Assembly: GCF_006345805.1 (NCBI RefSeq)
Contig: NC_043000.1
Span: forward strand, 56,420,001 to 56,484,000
Source: Octopus sinensis
Lineage: Eukaryota
Length of the DNA: 64,000 nt
Reading direction: 5' to 3'
The notes under the pieces are model-generated. The model saw only the letters and a list, made by a program, of their open reading frames with translations. It made no database searches and was not told the DNA's origin. This document shows, piece after piece, positions 25,264-39,408 of this stretch. Numbering within the stretch: the stretch's first letter is position 1; every line of letters starts with the position of its first letter. Position numbers and translations under genes: made by a program.

Positions 25264-26104
25264 TACATAGCAGCTTGACCAGGTATATCTGGCATTTGGG
25301 AATAATGCCAGCAGCAGAATGGCATCCTAACCTAAAAAGTTTTTATCTCTCATCATCTGCATTTATATAGATAGATGCAAATGAGAGACCACACGCAGAC
25401 ACACATGCACGCACACACGCACACACACACACACTCACACACACACACACATGTGTGTATGTGCGTGCGCATGTGTGCACACATGTATCAATTGACACCT
25501 ATGCATATATCTCGATAAATAGATTTAAATAAATATATTTAAGTAGGGAGGAACAGCTCACCATTGCAGCAAATAGCAGCACTGCTGATTTGATGAGTGA
25601 TTTGTTAGTTTGCCATGGCAAGTTCAACTGCCACTGTCTGAAAGGTTACCCACGAGAGACTAGCAATCTATGCAGAAGAATGTTGTCTCTCATCCTCACT
25701 TAATCCAACAGAAATCGGAAATAAATACCAGGTCATTTGGATTATTCTAATTCAGAAGGGATTAACTTTTTAACATAAATTTGCATATATATTTCTAACA
25801 GTGGCACAAGGGTATAACTTTTGGGAGAAAGACTATATTAAGCCAATATATAACAGGTACTTTATTTTATAGACTTTAGAAGAATGAGAAACAAAGTTGC
25901 CTGCAGTGTAATTAAACACAGGATTCAATTAGATACTACAAAGCATATAGTCTGACTTGCTATGATTCTGTCAATCTATTACACTTGTATACATATAAGC
26001 ACTGGCATGGCTGTGTGGTTAAGAATTCCATCTTACAGCCATGTATGGCTTCACATTCAAAATCACTGCACAGTAACTCAGGCAAATGTTTTCTGATATT
26101 TATA

Positions 26105-26634
26105 CAGGGTGGACCAAAATTAGTGCCCAAACTTTGTGTCCCAGTTATATGTGTCTATTAGTTCTGTAGTTTCTGGATGCATGCAGTTATTATTTCTATA
26201 TGACATTGATTATTCGATGTGTCGGATTTTGTGAAGCCAGACAGCCAGGATTTTTTTATCAATTCATTTTCTCTGATGAAGCGACCTTCCATGTTTCTGG
26301 TCACATCAACTGCCATAACAGCTTCAGAAGATGACCCTGAAGTGGTTTGAGAAAAGCACGTCAATTCACCTTCTCTTGTCATTTGGGCAGCAATATCATC
26401 TTCAGGAATTTGTGCATTCCATATTCAATGAGAGACAATGAATGGTGATCAATACCTAGCAGTGTGTGAAAACATTATCTGGCCACATTTTTGATACCGT
26501 CATTCCAAAATCTTTGTGCAAGATGGAGCAACTCCTCATTATGACAAACGTGTAAGAAACTTCCTCCATCAGCACCTACAAAATCGTTGGATTTTCAAAA
26601 ATTCAAGTTGGGGCACTAATTTTGGTCCACCCTG
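26105..26634 (+). mobile_element. Internally deleted Tc1/mariner-superfamily element
   Basis: TA TSDs and perfect 24-bp TIRs CAGGGTGGACCAAAATTAGTGCCC. Transposase remnants FSDEATFHVSGHINCHN and QDGATPHYDKRVRNFL...NRWI. Confidence 0.9.
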
Positions 26635-27649
26635 TATATACAATAATGCTTCGATATACGAGTTAATTTGTTCCTGGAGACCACTCGTAAAGCAACACCT
26701 TATAAAGCAGAGCAATAATTTCCCATGGTAGCAACAAAATTTTATGCCGTCACTTTACTCTGTTGCTATGTAGATACATCAGAACCAGTGTGGCAACATT
26801 GCCACACACATACACAAAAGGGATGTTTAACCTTTTATATTTATAATAAAATAAAACTTGTAAACCTGGGGTCTCATAAAGCGGGTCCTCATAAAGTGAG
26901 GTGTTATTGTATATACATATATATTTGAAAAAAATTAATAGAAATGGCTTTTCTGATAATGCTTCCACTTTAATAATTAGATATTTATAAGTTTACAAAA
27001 GGTTCATTTCTCTATAAATCTGAGTTTTTTGTTCCATTTCATGGAAAGCATTATTTAGAGATTCATATCAATTTATCATGATTGGAAGTTTTTGGGAGAT
27101 CTCTAATATCCTCAGATTTCAGCAATTTGGCTGCCAATTTTGATCTTGTGTAAGCCAAGGATAATAAATATATCCAGCGATAATATATTAGGCAGGGATA
27201 ATATATGTTCAAGCAGTCTAGTATAATCCAAGTTCTGGCTAACTGCACCGAATGACGGAATAAACTAGTACTATTTAAAGTAGACAATCCCAATGTATTT
27301 CTATCGATGGGTAAATCCTGGATTCACGTCTTTGAATTGTAAACAGCTTATTAAGAGTATATTCGGGACAATTCAAATAAATAAGGAAAATTATACATCA
27401 AGCAGAATCAAATCTGGATGCAGATGAACCCAACAGAAAGCAAATAAAAACCACATTGCAAGATATCCATACAGTAGAAACATATGTCAGACAAAGGTTT
27501 AAATTGAATATATTGTATAAATGACTGTAATACAAACTGTGGTGATGTATAATATACAAATAAATACATGCGTGTGTGTACACACACATCATCATCATCT
27601 CACTTTAATTTGTTGAAGCAGATTTTTCTATGGCTGATGCCTGTTTCCA

Positions 27650-27880
27650 ATCATCATCATCATCATTTAATATCTATTTTCCATGCTGGCATGGGTTAGA
27701 CAGTTTAATTGGAACTGGTAAGCCAGAGAGCTACACCAGACACCAGTCTGTTTTGGCCTGGTTTCTATAGCTTGACACTCTTCCTAATGCTAACCACTCC
27801 ACAGAGTGTACTGGGTGTCTTTATGTTTCACTGGCACAGGTGCTCTTTATGTGTCACTGGTATGGGTGCCTTTCATATCT
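27650..27880 (-). mobile_element. RTE-type LINE/SINE 3' end with (GAT)n tail
   Basis: CATCATCATTTAATATCTATTTTCCATGCTGGCATGGGTT...CTTCCTAATGCTAACCACTCC matches the other RTE tails. Confidence 0.7.
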
Positions 27881-29471
27881 ATGGGTAGAAGATAATATTT
27901 CCCCATGGCCAAATACATATTCCCGAAATATTGGAAATGAATGACACTGCTTGTATGACAGTGACACTCATTTACAATTATCACACAAAGTCAAGGCAAT
28001 GAGTCGGTAACACACACAATCGTATACATTTATATACAGCAAGCTTCTTTCCGTTTCCATGGCTTTGGTCTGTCCAGGGCAACAATAGAAGATACTTGCC
28101 CAAGGTGCCATTCAATGTGATTGAACCCAAACCTATGTGGTTTGGAAGCAAACTTCTTACCACACAGCCATTCCTGCTTTTAAGTGTGTGTATTAGTTAG
28201 CTTTCTTCAGATATATTTGAATAAATACAAACCCTCGCGCATGTATGTTTGTTCATTTCTCACCCATTCACTTCTGCGCATAAGTGAATGAGTGTAACTA
28301 TTTGTATGAGGGGTTGCATGTGGGGAAAGGGTGCATGTGCGCACATGTGTGTGTATCTGTGTGTGTGTGTGTGTTGATTGCCTCTTTTTAGTATGCACAT
28401 ATGTGTGAAAGAAAAAGAAATAGTGCAAAAGGAGAGGGAGTAGGAGATATTCCCTGAGAGGCAAGACAAAATTCACTGTCTTATTTATATCAGTATTTCA
28501 ATTCCATCTACCATAAACACCTTATATTCCAGAGATAAACAGACCCTATATAAACAGTGTGAGGAATTACGATTCCCAATGGAGACAATCATTGCTTCCT
28601 TCAAAATGGATAATTAGGCAGACACTATTCGTTTCTTTTTTTTTATTTTTTTCTCTTTTGTTAAGAGACAAGGACATACAAGATTTCATGTCCCAGTTAG
28701 AGCTGTTTACTACATGAATTGCATTTCACACCAGCTTCAACTGTCAACATATTGATGTGTTCTAAAGAAAGTGAAAAGCTAATCTTTAAGAATAATAGCT
28801 TGGGTGAGGAATTTGCTAGGGATATCTTCTGCATAAAGACCATGCATTTAAATAAAGGCTAACACAGTTTTATAGTCATAAGAGTGCCTGATTAATTAAA
28901 ATTATATTTGTAGTGAAGTAAAAAAAAAAGTCATTAGCTTCTGTGATAATTCTGATTAAGACAGGCAAGAGTGACATTCCAAAGTAGAAACTAATTACTA
29001 ATTACAGATTCACTTCCCACTGCATGCACTTATCCAATAAGAAACTGAATAAAGATTTGCAGTGGGAAGCGAGTTTGATCTTCAGTAAATAGTGACAACT
29101 CCACACATGTTTCAGCCTTATTAAACCTCCACAAAGCATAATCTTACCAGTAGTCACTAAGATTTAGGTGTTGTTGTTGTTACTGTAGCTGCTGCTGTTG
29201 CTGTTGTTGGATTTGTTACTGTTGTTGTTTAGCTCCTGTTAGCCATGAACAAATATCAAATATGCAGCACGGAATTTTTTCAGTGAACAGGTCGCGGTCT
29301 CAAAGCGATGAAAATATTTTGGTAAATTAAATCTAAATGTTAAAGTGAATCTAATGGTTTTTGTGTGTTTCTTAAATAGCTTATAAACACCTTCCACGCT
29401 GCAATTGCTTTCATTCCAGTACACGATCTCAGATCAGGTCACTTGCTATGCAAGTACATCTCCATAAAATA

Positions 29472-30704
29472 TCAGATCATTAAAAATGAAATGTCCAATT
29501 TGCTTATGCACCAAGTTTGTCAGTCATTAACTCTAATGCTAATTCTTTGTTTTACAACATTGAAGCATTACGTCATCACTTTTTGAAATGCAATTCATGG
29601 TGTCTGATTATATTGTGAGTTTTCTTTTGTAAATCAATTTTTGTGAACCCATAGAAAGATCAGAAATTCGTGTTGCTTATGAATATGAGTTCCATCATGG
29701 AACCAATGAATCTCAGACAGCTTGAAACATCAATGTGGTGTTTGGTAAATTAGTGCACTGTACATCGATGGTTTGAGAAGTTCCAGTCTGGTGAATTTAC
29801 TCTTGAGAATCAGCCCCATGGTAGACCTAAGACCAAGGTAGATAATGATAAGCTGGAAACTGTAGTGGAAGTGAATACATCTCAAACTACATGTGAGTAA
29901 GCATTGAGGTTTGATGTTTCGATTCCAATTATATTGAACCATCTGAAACAAATCAGCAAGGTAAAGAAGCTGGACAAATGGGTACCACATGAACTGAACA
30001 AGCATCAAACGACACCTCATCTTGAAACTTGCTGTTCTTTGTTGACACGGCATAAAAGCAAACCATTTTTGCATTGTATTGTTGAGTGATGAAAAATGGA
30101 TTCTTTTCAACAATAACAAGCATTCTACACAGTGGTTGGATAGAGACGAGGTGCCAAAACACAATCCAAAAAGGAATATTTACCAAAAATAGTGCTGGTG
30201 TCATTTACAACAGCTTTGTGAGACTTGGTAAGTCAATTACAGCAGATGTTTACATAAACTAGTTGGATGAAACGATGAGTGAACTTGCAATTAAACAACC
30301 AAGATTGGTCAATACAGACAGGCCAATTCTCTTGCAAGACAATGCTTGACCACATGTTGCACAAAGAATGCTACTCAAGTTACAGGAACTGAACTTGGAA
30401 GTACTCTGTCATCTACCATATTCACCAGACCTTGCACCAACTGATTACCATGTTTTCCAAGCATTAGACATTTTGGAAGGAAAAAAATTTGAATCTGAAG
30501 AAGATGCAAAAACAACCTTTCGTGATTTCAACACCTCTCGCTCTCCAGAATTCTTCGCTGCTGGCATAAATAAGCTACTGTTAAAATGGCAAAACTGTGT
30601 TGATAATCTAGGTGCAAACTTTGATTAACTGCATTGCTTTTTGTTGAGATAAAGTAAAATAAACTTTCAGTTCAAAATCAGACATTTCATTCTTAATGAC
30701 CTGA
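29472..30704 (+). mobile_element. mariner element (cecropia/Hsmar1-like), full-length and decayed
   Basis: TA TSDs and ~30-bp TIRs TCAGATCATTAAAAATGAAATGTCCAATTT / AAATCAGACATTTCATTCTTAATGACCTGA. Confidence 0.92.
29651..30628 (+). pseudogene. mariner DD34D transposase pseudogene
   Basis: Motifs WVPHEL, DEKWI, LLQDNA*PH, HLPYSPDLAPTDYHVFQAL and KWQNCVD...G..FD. Multiple stops and frameshifts. Confidence 0.9.
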
Positions 30705-32239
30705 TAGATATATTATCAAAAGTATTCAAACTATGATTGTTCCATACCTATTTTTAAAACACACATTGTATGTAGAACTACATTATCCAGTGTGCACTTT
30801 CATTTTTTAACACAATACAGTGCAATATGAGGGAGATTTAACTACTATTTCAGCAATCAAAAAAGCATTCCTTCACTGACTTATCATGCTGGTATTGATG
30901 TTATTTAGGTTCTAATCAAACTTAATGGAAGAGATCTTTTAGCAAACACAACTCAATTTTTTCCTCAGGCATAGTTTACCTTCGACTATACTATCTAGTA
31001 CGTCTTATTTTAATAATTCTTATATGATCTTCTTTTGTACAGTTTCTTTTAACAAGTGTAATTTTGTAAATTGTTAGTAAAGAAAGCTTATGACATAAAT
31101 TGCTTCCAGAAAAGACCACCACTGGACAGCACCCCTGTAAGTGATGAAGAGATGTCCAAAATCCAAAAGTCAATGGAAAATGAAATAACTTTAATACCAT
31201 CAGTTTATCAATATTTTTCAATGATGTAGAAAATGAAGATTAGAATGGATCTGGTTTTTAGTCTGCATGACAGTGTAGTTAAGAAATTTGCTTCCCAACT
31301 TTGTGATTTGGGGTTCAGTCCAACTGCATGGCCCCTTGGGCAAGTGTCTTTTGCTATAGCTTTGGGCCACTACACCTTATGCGTGGATTTGGTAGATGGA
31401 AAAATGAAAGATACCTGATGTGTATACACATATATATATATATATATATGCAAAGAAGAAAAAAATACAACAAATTACCAAGTCCCTACAAGGAAGTCAA
31501 CCAAGCAGAATGCTGAACCTTACCAAAACAAAAATATGTTGTCCAAAATGGAAAATATTTTTGATCAAAATAAAATCACAAAACCTACAACCAATCAGAA
31601 CCTGTTCCTTGACCATGGTCGTCACCAGGAAGCCAACCAACCAAAACACTAAAATTTGTCAAAAGAAAGATTTTTTTTTTTTACCAAAATACCCACAAGA
31701 AAAGAATAAAATGCTATCAAAATTATAGCCAATCGAAAATTAGATCCTTTTCCGTAAAAACATGTATATACTAAAAAATTGAACCCAAAGTATTTTCCAA
31801 TTACAACAGTCCATGAAAGGTGAAGAGACCAGTCAAGTGACACTGAAAAAAATGAACTACTTGAACCACGACAGGAATTGTAAAATAAAAACTTTTTTCT
31901 TTCTCTTTCTTCACTTGTTTTATAAAAATTCAATATGACTGAACATTCAAAAATGCACATTTGTAATGATAATACTATCTATCCCTATGAAACTTACTGA
32001 AATCTCTGTGAACATTTGAACATATGATGGTTTGAACATTTTTCATCAATTTTCACCATGTAATTTTAAACTCTCCCAAACCTCACTTTTTTCACATATA
32101 TTTGTACCACTGATAAGCAAAAATATTATCGAAACTAGTTTGGTATGTGAATAAATCTATTTAAAAATGACTATACTGTTTTCAGATTCAGGTACATTTT
32201 AAAACCCCAAAAAACAAATTCTCCTATATATATATATAT

Positions 32240-32373
32240 AAAGAAGCAAGGTACCTGACTGGCAAGAGAAGACATAGCATTTCCAAAGATAGTTGCTGAA
32301 AATATATATATATTCAGCAACTATCTTTGGAAATGCAATGTCTTCTCTTGCCAGTCAGTTAACTTGCTTCTTT
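32240..32373. repeat. 61-bp inverted repeat (58/61 matched) with an AT spacer, abutting (AT)n
   Basis: AAAGAAGCAAGGTACCTGACTGGCAAGAGAAGACATAGCATTTCCAAAGATAGTTGCTGAA and its reverse complement from 32313. Confidence 0.9.
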
Positions 32374-32632
32374 TTTCTGGGTTTTTAACTACATTTGGCC
32401 TCTTGGTTTCCCTACCTTCTACTGTTATACTAGCAGCTCAACAAAATGTCCACACTATTACATAGGAGGTTATATCTACCCTAACTAACTCTACACAGTC
32501 TCCTCCTGATATTAAACCTCAACCATCTTCCTTTAAAGGTAAAAACAATCTTGCTACTCCTACTCTATGATGAAGTCTTCCATTCATATTGAATTCCTTC
32601 CTAGTTTTTCTCTCTCTTCCTTTCTTCTTCTT

Positions 32633-32674
<42 letters not shown>

Positions 32675-33539
32675 GCATTCATCACTATAATCATTATTTT
32701 TTTTAAATTCTAGAAAGTCAAATACTTTTAATATCAAGGAAACTTTCTGAGATTAATTAATTGTTATTTTCTTTTGGGTGGAGTTCCCTCATATTATTTT
32801 GACATGAAGAGGTGTCAAAGATGATTCTGTTTTCCAATTAAAATGTCTGAATTAATGACAGTCTATAATGATAATACTTCCAAACAGTTTACATCTATAT
32901 TTCAATGTTCAATATCCAACATTATTTTCCTTTATTTTGGTTTTTAATATCCTAGAACACATCAACATTTTGCTTCTTAGAGTACATTATTCTTTCCTTG
33001 AATGCACATTATCTTTTATGAGAGCCTTATGGATATTCTTTGCACATCAATATGCATTATGGTTGACCTTCCAGTCAAGGTTTTCCAAATCATCTCAAAT
33101 GATTTGACAGCTAATTGAGCCAAGGCATACAGAATTAAATGCACTGTCCAAATATGCTGTAGAATGCATTCAAATTTTTCATTTTTTTTTTCTTTTTTTC
33201 TTTTTGAACTCAAGACCTTTGCATTGATAACCCAATATCCAACATAGATTTCTGACAAAAACACCATACACAATAATGATGGGATGTTTATATCCTAAAA
33301 ATCCAATCAAATACTTCGTTAATTGACTAGCTCCATAAACATATGTATATTCAAGTGAAACAGATGGCAAATCACCAGAACACAGCAGCACCCAACCTAC
33401 ACAGTCTCTTCTACTATATGAGTAATCATCTCCAAAAATTCATACACATACATACAATATCTCAAAACAATACAGCAGCAGCTATAATGTTACAATGCTG
33501 TTTCTTCCTTTCAGTACAGAGAAACATTAAAAATATATA

Positions 33540-33726
33540 CGATAAGGCACTGAAAAGTCCCTGGTTTTGGGTAAGAGAAAATACAGGAAGATCAGTTAAT
33601 TATGATTTTATTCAACATATTCCCCACTCAGATCCACGTGCTTATAGCAATGGTCCTTCAGTTTTTCTAAGCCTTATATAAGGGATTGGAATCCCTTAAA
33701 GCCAGGAACTTTCCAGCACCTCTTTG
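33540..33726 (+). mobile_element. mariner-type MITE (~190 bp)
   Basis: Imperfect ~28-bp TIRs CGATAAGGCACTGAAAAGTCCCTGG / CCAGGAACTTTCCAGCACCTCTTTG. Second copy at 55875-56080. Confidence 0.7.
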
Positions 33727-35584
33727 AACATACAAGAATAAATCTAGCTTCATTAGTCTCACTGTGTTGAGATGAACAACACCAATGAACGACACCAATG
33801 TTGAATACAAAGAGACAGTAACTGACATATTCCAACCAAGTCCACTTTCCCCGTCTCTGTTATAATCACCACTGGAATCAGATGCAGAAAAACAGAATGA
33901 ATTTCATACAATCCTTCACTGCATGTCAGTATAAGAATTGTGGTTCTCAGATAGGAAAAAGCAAGGTATATGCAGAGCATTAAATATGTGGATCATGCCA
34001 AGGTGTTCGACCAACTATTTGCATGCATACATGCCATGCCACAGGCCTTTTTAATCAGAGGTGACCTGGGTATTAGACAACAATAGCAACCAGAATGAAA
34101 GCAAATTATTAGCAGTTATTCTTTTCCTTCACCACCACCACCAGAACTGTCATCATCATCATCAATGAATTGTTATACTATGTACAACTGTGTAATCATG
34201 TACGGTAGTTCCAGTTGCCAGTATTCCAAACACAAAGAGGTTGATGTGAGGAAAGAAGGAAGAAATTGCAGTTGGTTCAGGGTCAAATGAAAGCAGAAAT
34301 ATTACTCTTAGAAGTTCTAGTAAGAAGAAATCCTCCCACAGCCTTACAAGCGACAGGTTAACCTATGGAAGACTACATATTTGTCAAGTAGTCCTTTTTT
34401 GTCTTTTTGTTTTTATATTGATCTTTCAGTAGGTGGAAACAATCAAATATGGTTAAGCTCAGCACAAAGACGTGCCACACATGACCTGTTATATTAGGAA
34501 AAGGATAGGGAAGAAAATTCTAAAAATAAGAGGCAAAGGGAGAGATCTATGTCCACAGACAACCAGTAACAGATCTATTATTAGAGATTTAGAATTCAAG
34601 GGCCAAAAGATAATATATAAATTAGCAGGCAGACATACACACAACATGGATAGCTGGGTGGATGAACAGCCAGAGAGAAAGACAGACAGAGAGGTAAAGA
34701 GATGATTTATTTGTTAAGATATACTACAAAACTATAAAAGCTTACAGTAAGAGGTTCTTGATTAAGAAAGCAACATCATATATATTTTAGTAATTTATTT
34801 ATCTTCAAAATGGTATATTAAAGATAATGCTCAATGGTTGTATACAGACACAGGGTTGTTGAAGTTAGCCAGACAATCACAAAAGAAAGCTAATGTTTTT
34901 AAATTTAGCTGTCTTCCAGAACATTTCTCTTTTAGAAGAAATAAAGAATGGACAGCGAAAAACTAGATGATGTTTATTCTATGAAATATATTATCTTTTA
35001 TCTGTTTTATTTATTAGATTGTGGCCTTGCTGAAGTACAGTCTTGAAAGATTTAATCAAACAAATTTACCCTTGCTACTTTATTCTATTGCTCTTTACTG
35101 CTGAACCACTAAGTTACAGGGATGTAAGCAAGTCAACAGCAGTTGTCCAGTAGTTGGTGGGGCAAACACAAACTCAGACACACATACATATATAGATATA
35201 CATACATATATAGATTACACAATAAGCTTCCACAGTTTCATCTACCAAATTCAATCACAAAGCATCGGTCAGCTTGAGGCTGTACTAGAAGACACTTTGT
35301 TCAGGTGCCACACAATGGGACTGAACCCAAAACCACATGGTTGCAAAACGTGCTTCATAACCACACAGTCATGTCTACACCTATGACATGATAAAAAATT
35401 GTTAACAAATATAGGCGCAGGAGTGGCTGTGTTGTAAGTAGCTTGCTTACCAACCACATGGTTCCGAGTTCAGTCCCACTACATGGCACCTTGGGCAAGT
35501 GTCTTCTACTATAGCCTCAGGTTGATCAAAGCCTTGTGAGTGGATTTGGTAGACGGAAACTGAAAGAAGCCCGTTGTATACATG

Positions 35585-35626
<42 letters not shown>

Positions 35627-35832
35627 GTGAAATAGAAAGATGAATAATCTTGTAGTAGATTAATCAAAAGTTTAACCGATACCTTAGTAGCAAAAATCAC
35701 AGCAGTAAACAGCACGGTTGGAGGTACAACCATATGGTGTTGCAACCGTGCGTTGGTGCGGATAATTGAAATTAAAACATTATTGGTGAATTGAAGAAAT
35801 GGAGCTGAACGCAGATTGAACAGAAATCGTTT

Positions 35833-35926
35833 TATTTCATTCTACACGTGTTTCGAAAGGCACAAATTACCAAAATCCGATTGAATAATGGGACCATATT
35901 GTGTCTTTCTCTTCAGGAAGAAAATA
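35833..35926 (-). ncRNA. Type I hammerhead ribozyme
   Basis: Exact reverse complement of 36020-36113. Confidence 0.85.
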
Positions 35927-36019
35927 GGAAATCCGTTGGAAACACAAAAACAGAACAGAGGCGGAGCAATTTGTTTTTGCTCCGCCTCTGTTCTGTTTTT
36001 GTTTTTCCAACGGATTTCC

Positions 36020-36113
36020 TATTTTCTTCCTGAAGAGAAAGACACAATATGGTCCCATTATTCAATCGGATTTTGGTAATTTGTGCCTTTCGAAACACGT
36101 GTAGAATGAAATA
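36020..36113 (+). ncRNA. Type I hammerhead ribozyme, predicted cleavage after GUA at 36103
   Basis: Stem I UAUUUUCUUC/GAAUGAAAUA, core CUGAAGA, stem II GAAAGACACAA/UUGUGCCUUUC, GAAA, palindromic stem III ACACGUGU, A17. Confidence 0.87.
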
Positions 36114-36169
36114 AAACGATTTCTGTTCAATCTGCGTTCAGCTCCATTTCTTCAATTCACCAATAATGT

Positions 36170-36234
<65 letters not shown>

Positions 36235-37160
36235 ATGTTTGTATGTCTGTGTTTGTCCCCTAGCATTGCTTGACAACCAATGTTGGTGTGTTTATGTCCC
36301 CGTCACTTAGCGGTTAGGCAAAAGAGACTGATAGAATAAGTACTGGGCTTACAAAGAATAAGTCCCGGTGTCGAGTTGCTTGACTAAAGGCGGTGCTCCA
36401 GCATGGCCGCAGTCAACTGACTGAAACAAGTAAAAGAGTAAAAGAGTAAGAGTAAATAAATGATACTCCAGTATCTGTATAAGATGTGGTGTATTATAAA
36501 ACATGCCACCAAGTTGTAGCAATGGGAGACAACTCTGTTTCATAGAAGCTGTGTATCTTTATTGAGCATTACAATTCTTTTAAACACATACAAACAATTT
36601 GAGCAAATATGTTTACAAATGAATATCTCAGAAGGCCTACAAATAGCTATAAGCTAGTTTAAAAGTCCCTAATCATATTGATTTGCAGTCTGGCACCTTA
36701 ACCTGACAACTACTGAATGACAAGGATGTCCCATTGAAGATTAAAATGAGATTTATAGCCGGTTATTCTCAGGGGAGGAAATTACAGAAGTTTTGGAAAC
36801 TAATTGGCAAAGGAATATAAGAGTTACGGAAGATGATCAATGTGATACAGGGTCGAAATGAAATTAATATCAACAGCATAAACAATTTGGTTTGGTGCCA
36901 GAACATGACACAACAAACGTTGCTTTTCTGATATGAAAACTGCAGAGAAAATGTCTGATGTAAAATTCTGATGCAAGAAGAATTAGTCAAACAACTTTTG
37001 CTGAGTTTGTCTGCAGATACAACAGTTCAATCAATATGCACATATACATACACAAGGCAATGCACACAAGCAAACAGACAGACACACACATACACACACA
37101 CATATATATACATACACACACATACATTATATATATATATATATACATACACACACATAC

Positions 37161-37216
<56 letters not shown>

Positions 37217-37366
37217 TACATATGCATGCACGCAGGTATAGCAGTGTGGATACTAACTTTACTTAGTAAGCATGTGATTGCAAGTTCTATCTTACTGTAT
37301 GCCACCTTCGGTAAGAATCTTCTACAATAGCCTGAAACCAGCTGATGATTTGTGAGTGGAACTTGA

Positions 37367-37503
<137 letters not shown>

Positions 37504-38932
37504 CACGTGTATGTGGTCTGCGAAAATGATTATGTTCTGCCTCTTGCCATGAAACCATTTGTGCAAAAACAGCGACGTTATTATGACATTCCATATGAAC
37601 AAATCATTCTCTAATTCTGCATTTTCAAAGACAACAGGGGACACACACACACAAAAAAAATCCCTTACTTATAACATAGATTGTGGTTAATGACAATTAA
37701 ATCTACCTCAAATCACACACCATCATCTTGCAAAAAAAAAATGAAGAGCAGATGGGCTAACATATCCCTGAATGAAGGCACCTAACTTAGTGGTTAGGGT
37801 ATTCGGTTTCTGAGCATGGGGTCGTCAGTTCAATTCTCAGTGGAGTGTCGTATCTTTGAGCAAAACACTTTATTTCATGTTGTTCCAGCCCACTCAGCTT
37901 GCAAAACTGAGTTTTGCCAGTAACTCAAAGGATCTACACCTTGTAACATCCTGTATCACACTTAGTCTCCCTGAGGACTACATTAAGGGTATGCATCTCT
38001 GTGGAGGCCTCAGTCACTTGCACATTAATTTCATGAGCAGGCTGTTCCATTCATTGAATCAAGTGGAACCCTTGTTGTCATAAATGACAGAGTGCCAGAT
38101 GTCCCTGAGCAAGCAGAATGGTCATGGATGTGATTTAAGAGTTATTTCACTCTCATTTCTAGTAAGTCATGCAACTGTATAGTGGCACCTTTATCAGCTC
38201 CAAGTTTGTGTATGTTTTAAGTCACTCCTCTGGCTTTATCACAACGCATCTGATAGAATTTGAATAATTATTTCCAGTTCTAAAGATTGGAAAATACTTC
38301 TTTCTAAAACCATTTTCTTCATGTCAAAGAATTAAAAATATTGAATTCAAAAACATTTCATGAACTTGATTTTGAACTTAGTTTTCTATTTGTTTGTTGT
38401 TAGTTTTCTATTTATTTATTACTGGGCTAATATGTATGAGATGGCACTGAGGTGTTTTCTGCATTACAGCTAAGATTTCTGTTCTGCTATCTGAAGTGAA
38501 GAACTATTCATTTATTGATAATGTTTATCAATCAACATAGCTGCTAATTTTTTTTAAAGAATGCTATATTTATTATTTATCAAAGAAAACATCACATGCC
38601 AAGCCTGTCTATTCCTCTGATGCATTTAACCACTTAAATATAAACATAAGTACATACATATAAACATGTGTGTGTGTGTGTGTGTACATACATACATACG
38701 CACATACATACATACATACATACATCTACTTATCAATATTATGCATGTGTGAAAATATTAAAATATATATGAGGATAGGCACAGGGACAGCTGTGTAGTA
38801 AGAAGTTTGCTTCTCAATCACACGATCTCAGGTTCAGTCCTGCTGCATAGTACCTAGGGCAAATGTCTTCTTCTATAGCCATGAGCAGATTTGTGAGTGG
38901 ATTTGGTAGACAAGACCTAAAAGGAGCCCATC

Positions 38933-39005
<73 letters not shown>

Positions 39006-39371
39006 GAGAGAGAGAGAGAGAGACTGTATCCAAAACTCTGATCTCATGTAATAGTTATAAATGCATGTTACAATCATGCAAGGAGTGTCTTGCATTTCTG
39101 GTCATCCGTGAAAATATGTTTGGTCTGGGGGAAATATTATCTTACTTGGAAAAAGGTGAGGCTCGGCAACAGAAAGGGAAAGTGGCTGTGGAAAATCTGC
39201 CTCAACAAATTGTGTCCAGCCCATGAAAGCATGGAAAAGTGAACTTTAAATGATGATCACAATAATGTATGTCTATGTATGTGAAGATGTATGTCTATTC
39301 ATACCAGTATGTGTGTGTGTGTGCACACGGGTGCATGTGCATATGCATGTATGTGCATATGTGTGTGTGCA

Positions 39372-39408
<37 letters not shown>

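Larger units (their letters stand above)
35625..36170 (-). mobile_element. Non-coding hammerhead-bearing fold-back element (194-bp arms, 1 mismatch, 7-nt spacer, plus a 150-bp one-sided extension)
   Basis: Arms 35776-35969 and 35977-36170. Both junctions lie in (AT)n. Confidence 0.85.
35414..36454 (+). mobile_element. tRNA-derived SINE, family A here (GGCGCAGGAGTGGCTGTG head), split by a fold-back insertion in its central (AT)n
   Basis: Collinear with the uninterrupted copy at 62682-63090. A/B-box head and (AAAAGAGT)n tail. Confidence 0.9.

Noticed and set aside
29255-29462. CpG-containing repeat-like segment with GUGAACA...AAAGC and GAAAGCAAUUGC, checked as hammerheads
   Set aside because: The plus-strand motif lacks G12 and U16.1, and the minus-strand motif lacks a CUGANGA core. 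Neither gives a valid fold.
31445-31900. Possible heavily decayed Penelope GIY-YIG C-terminus (YN...KYV...NL.KE.FF...KNKMLSK)
   Set aside because: It needs several frameshifts to align and cannot be supported without an HMM search.
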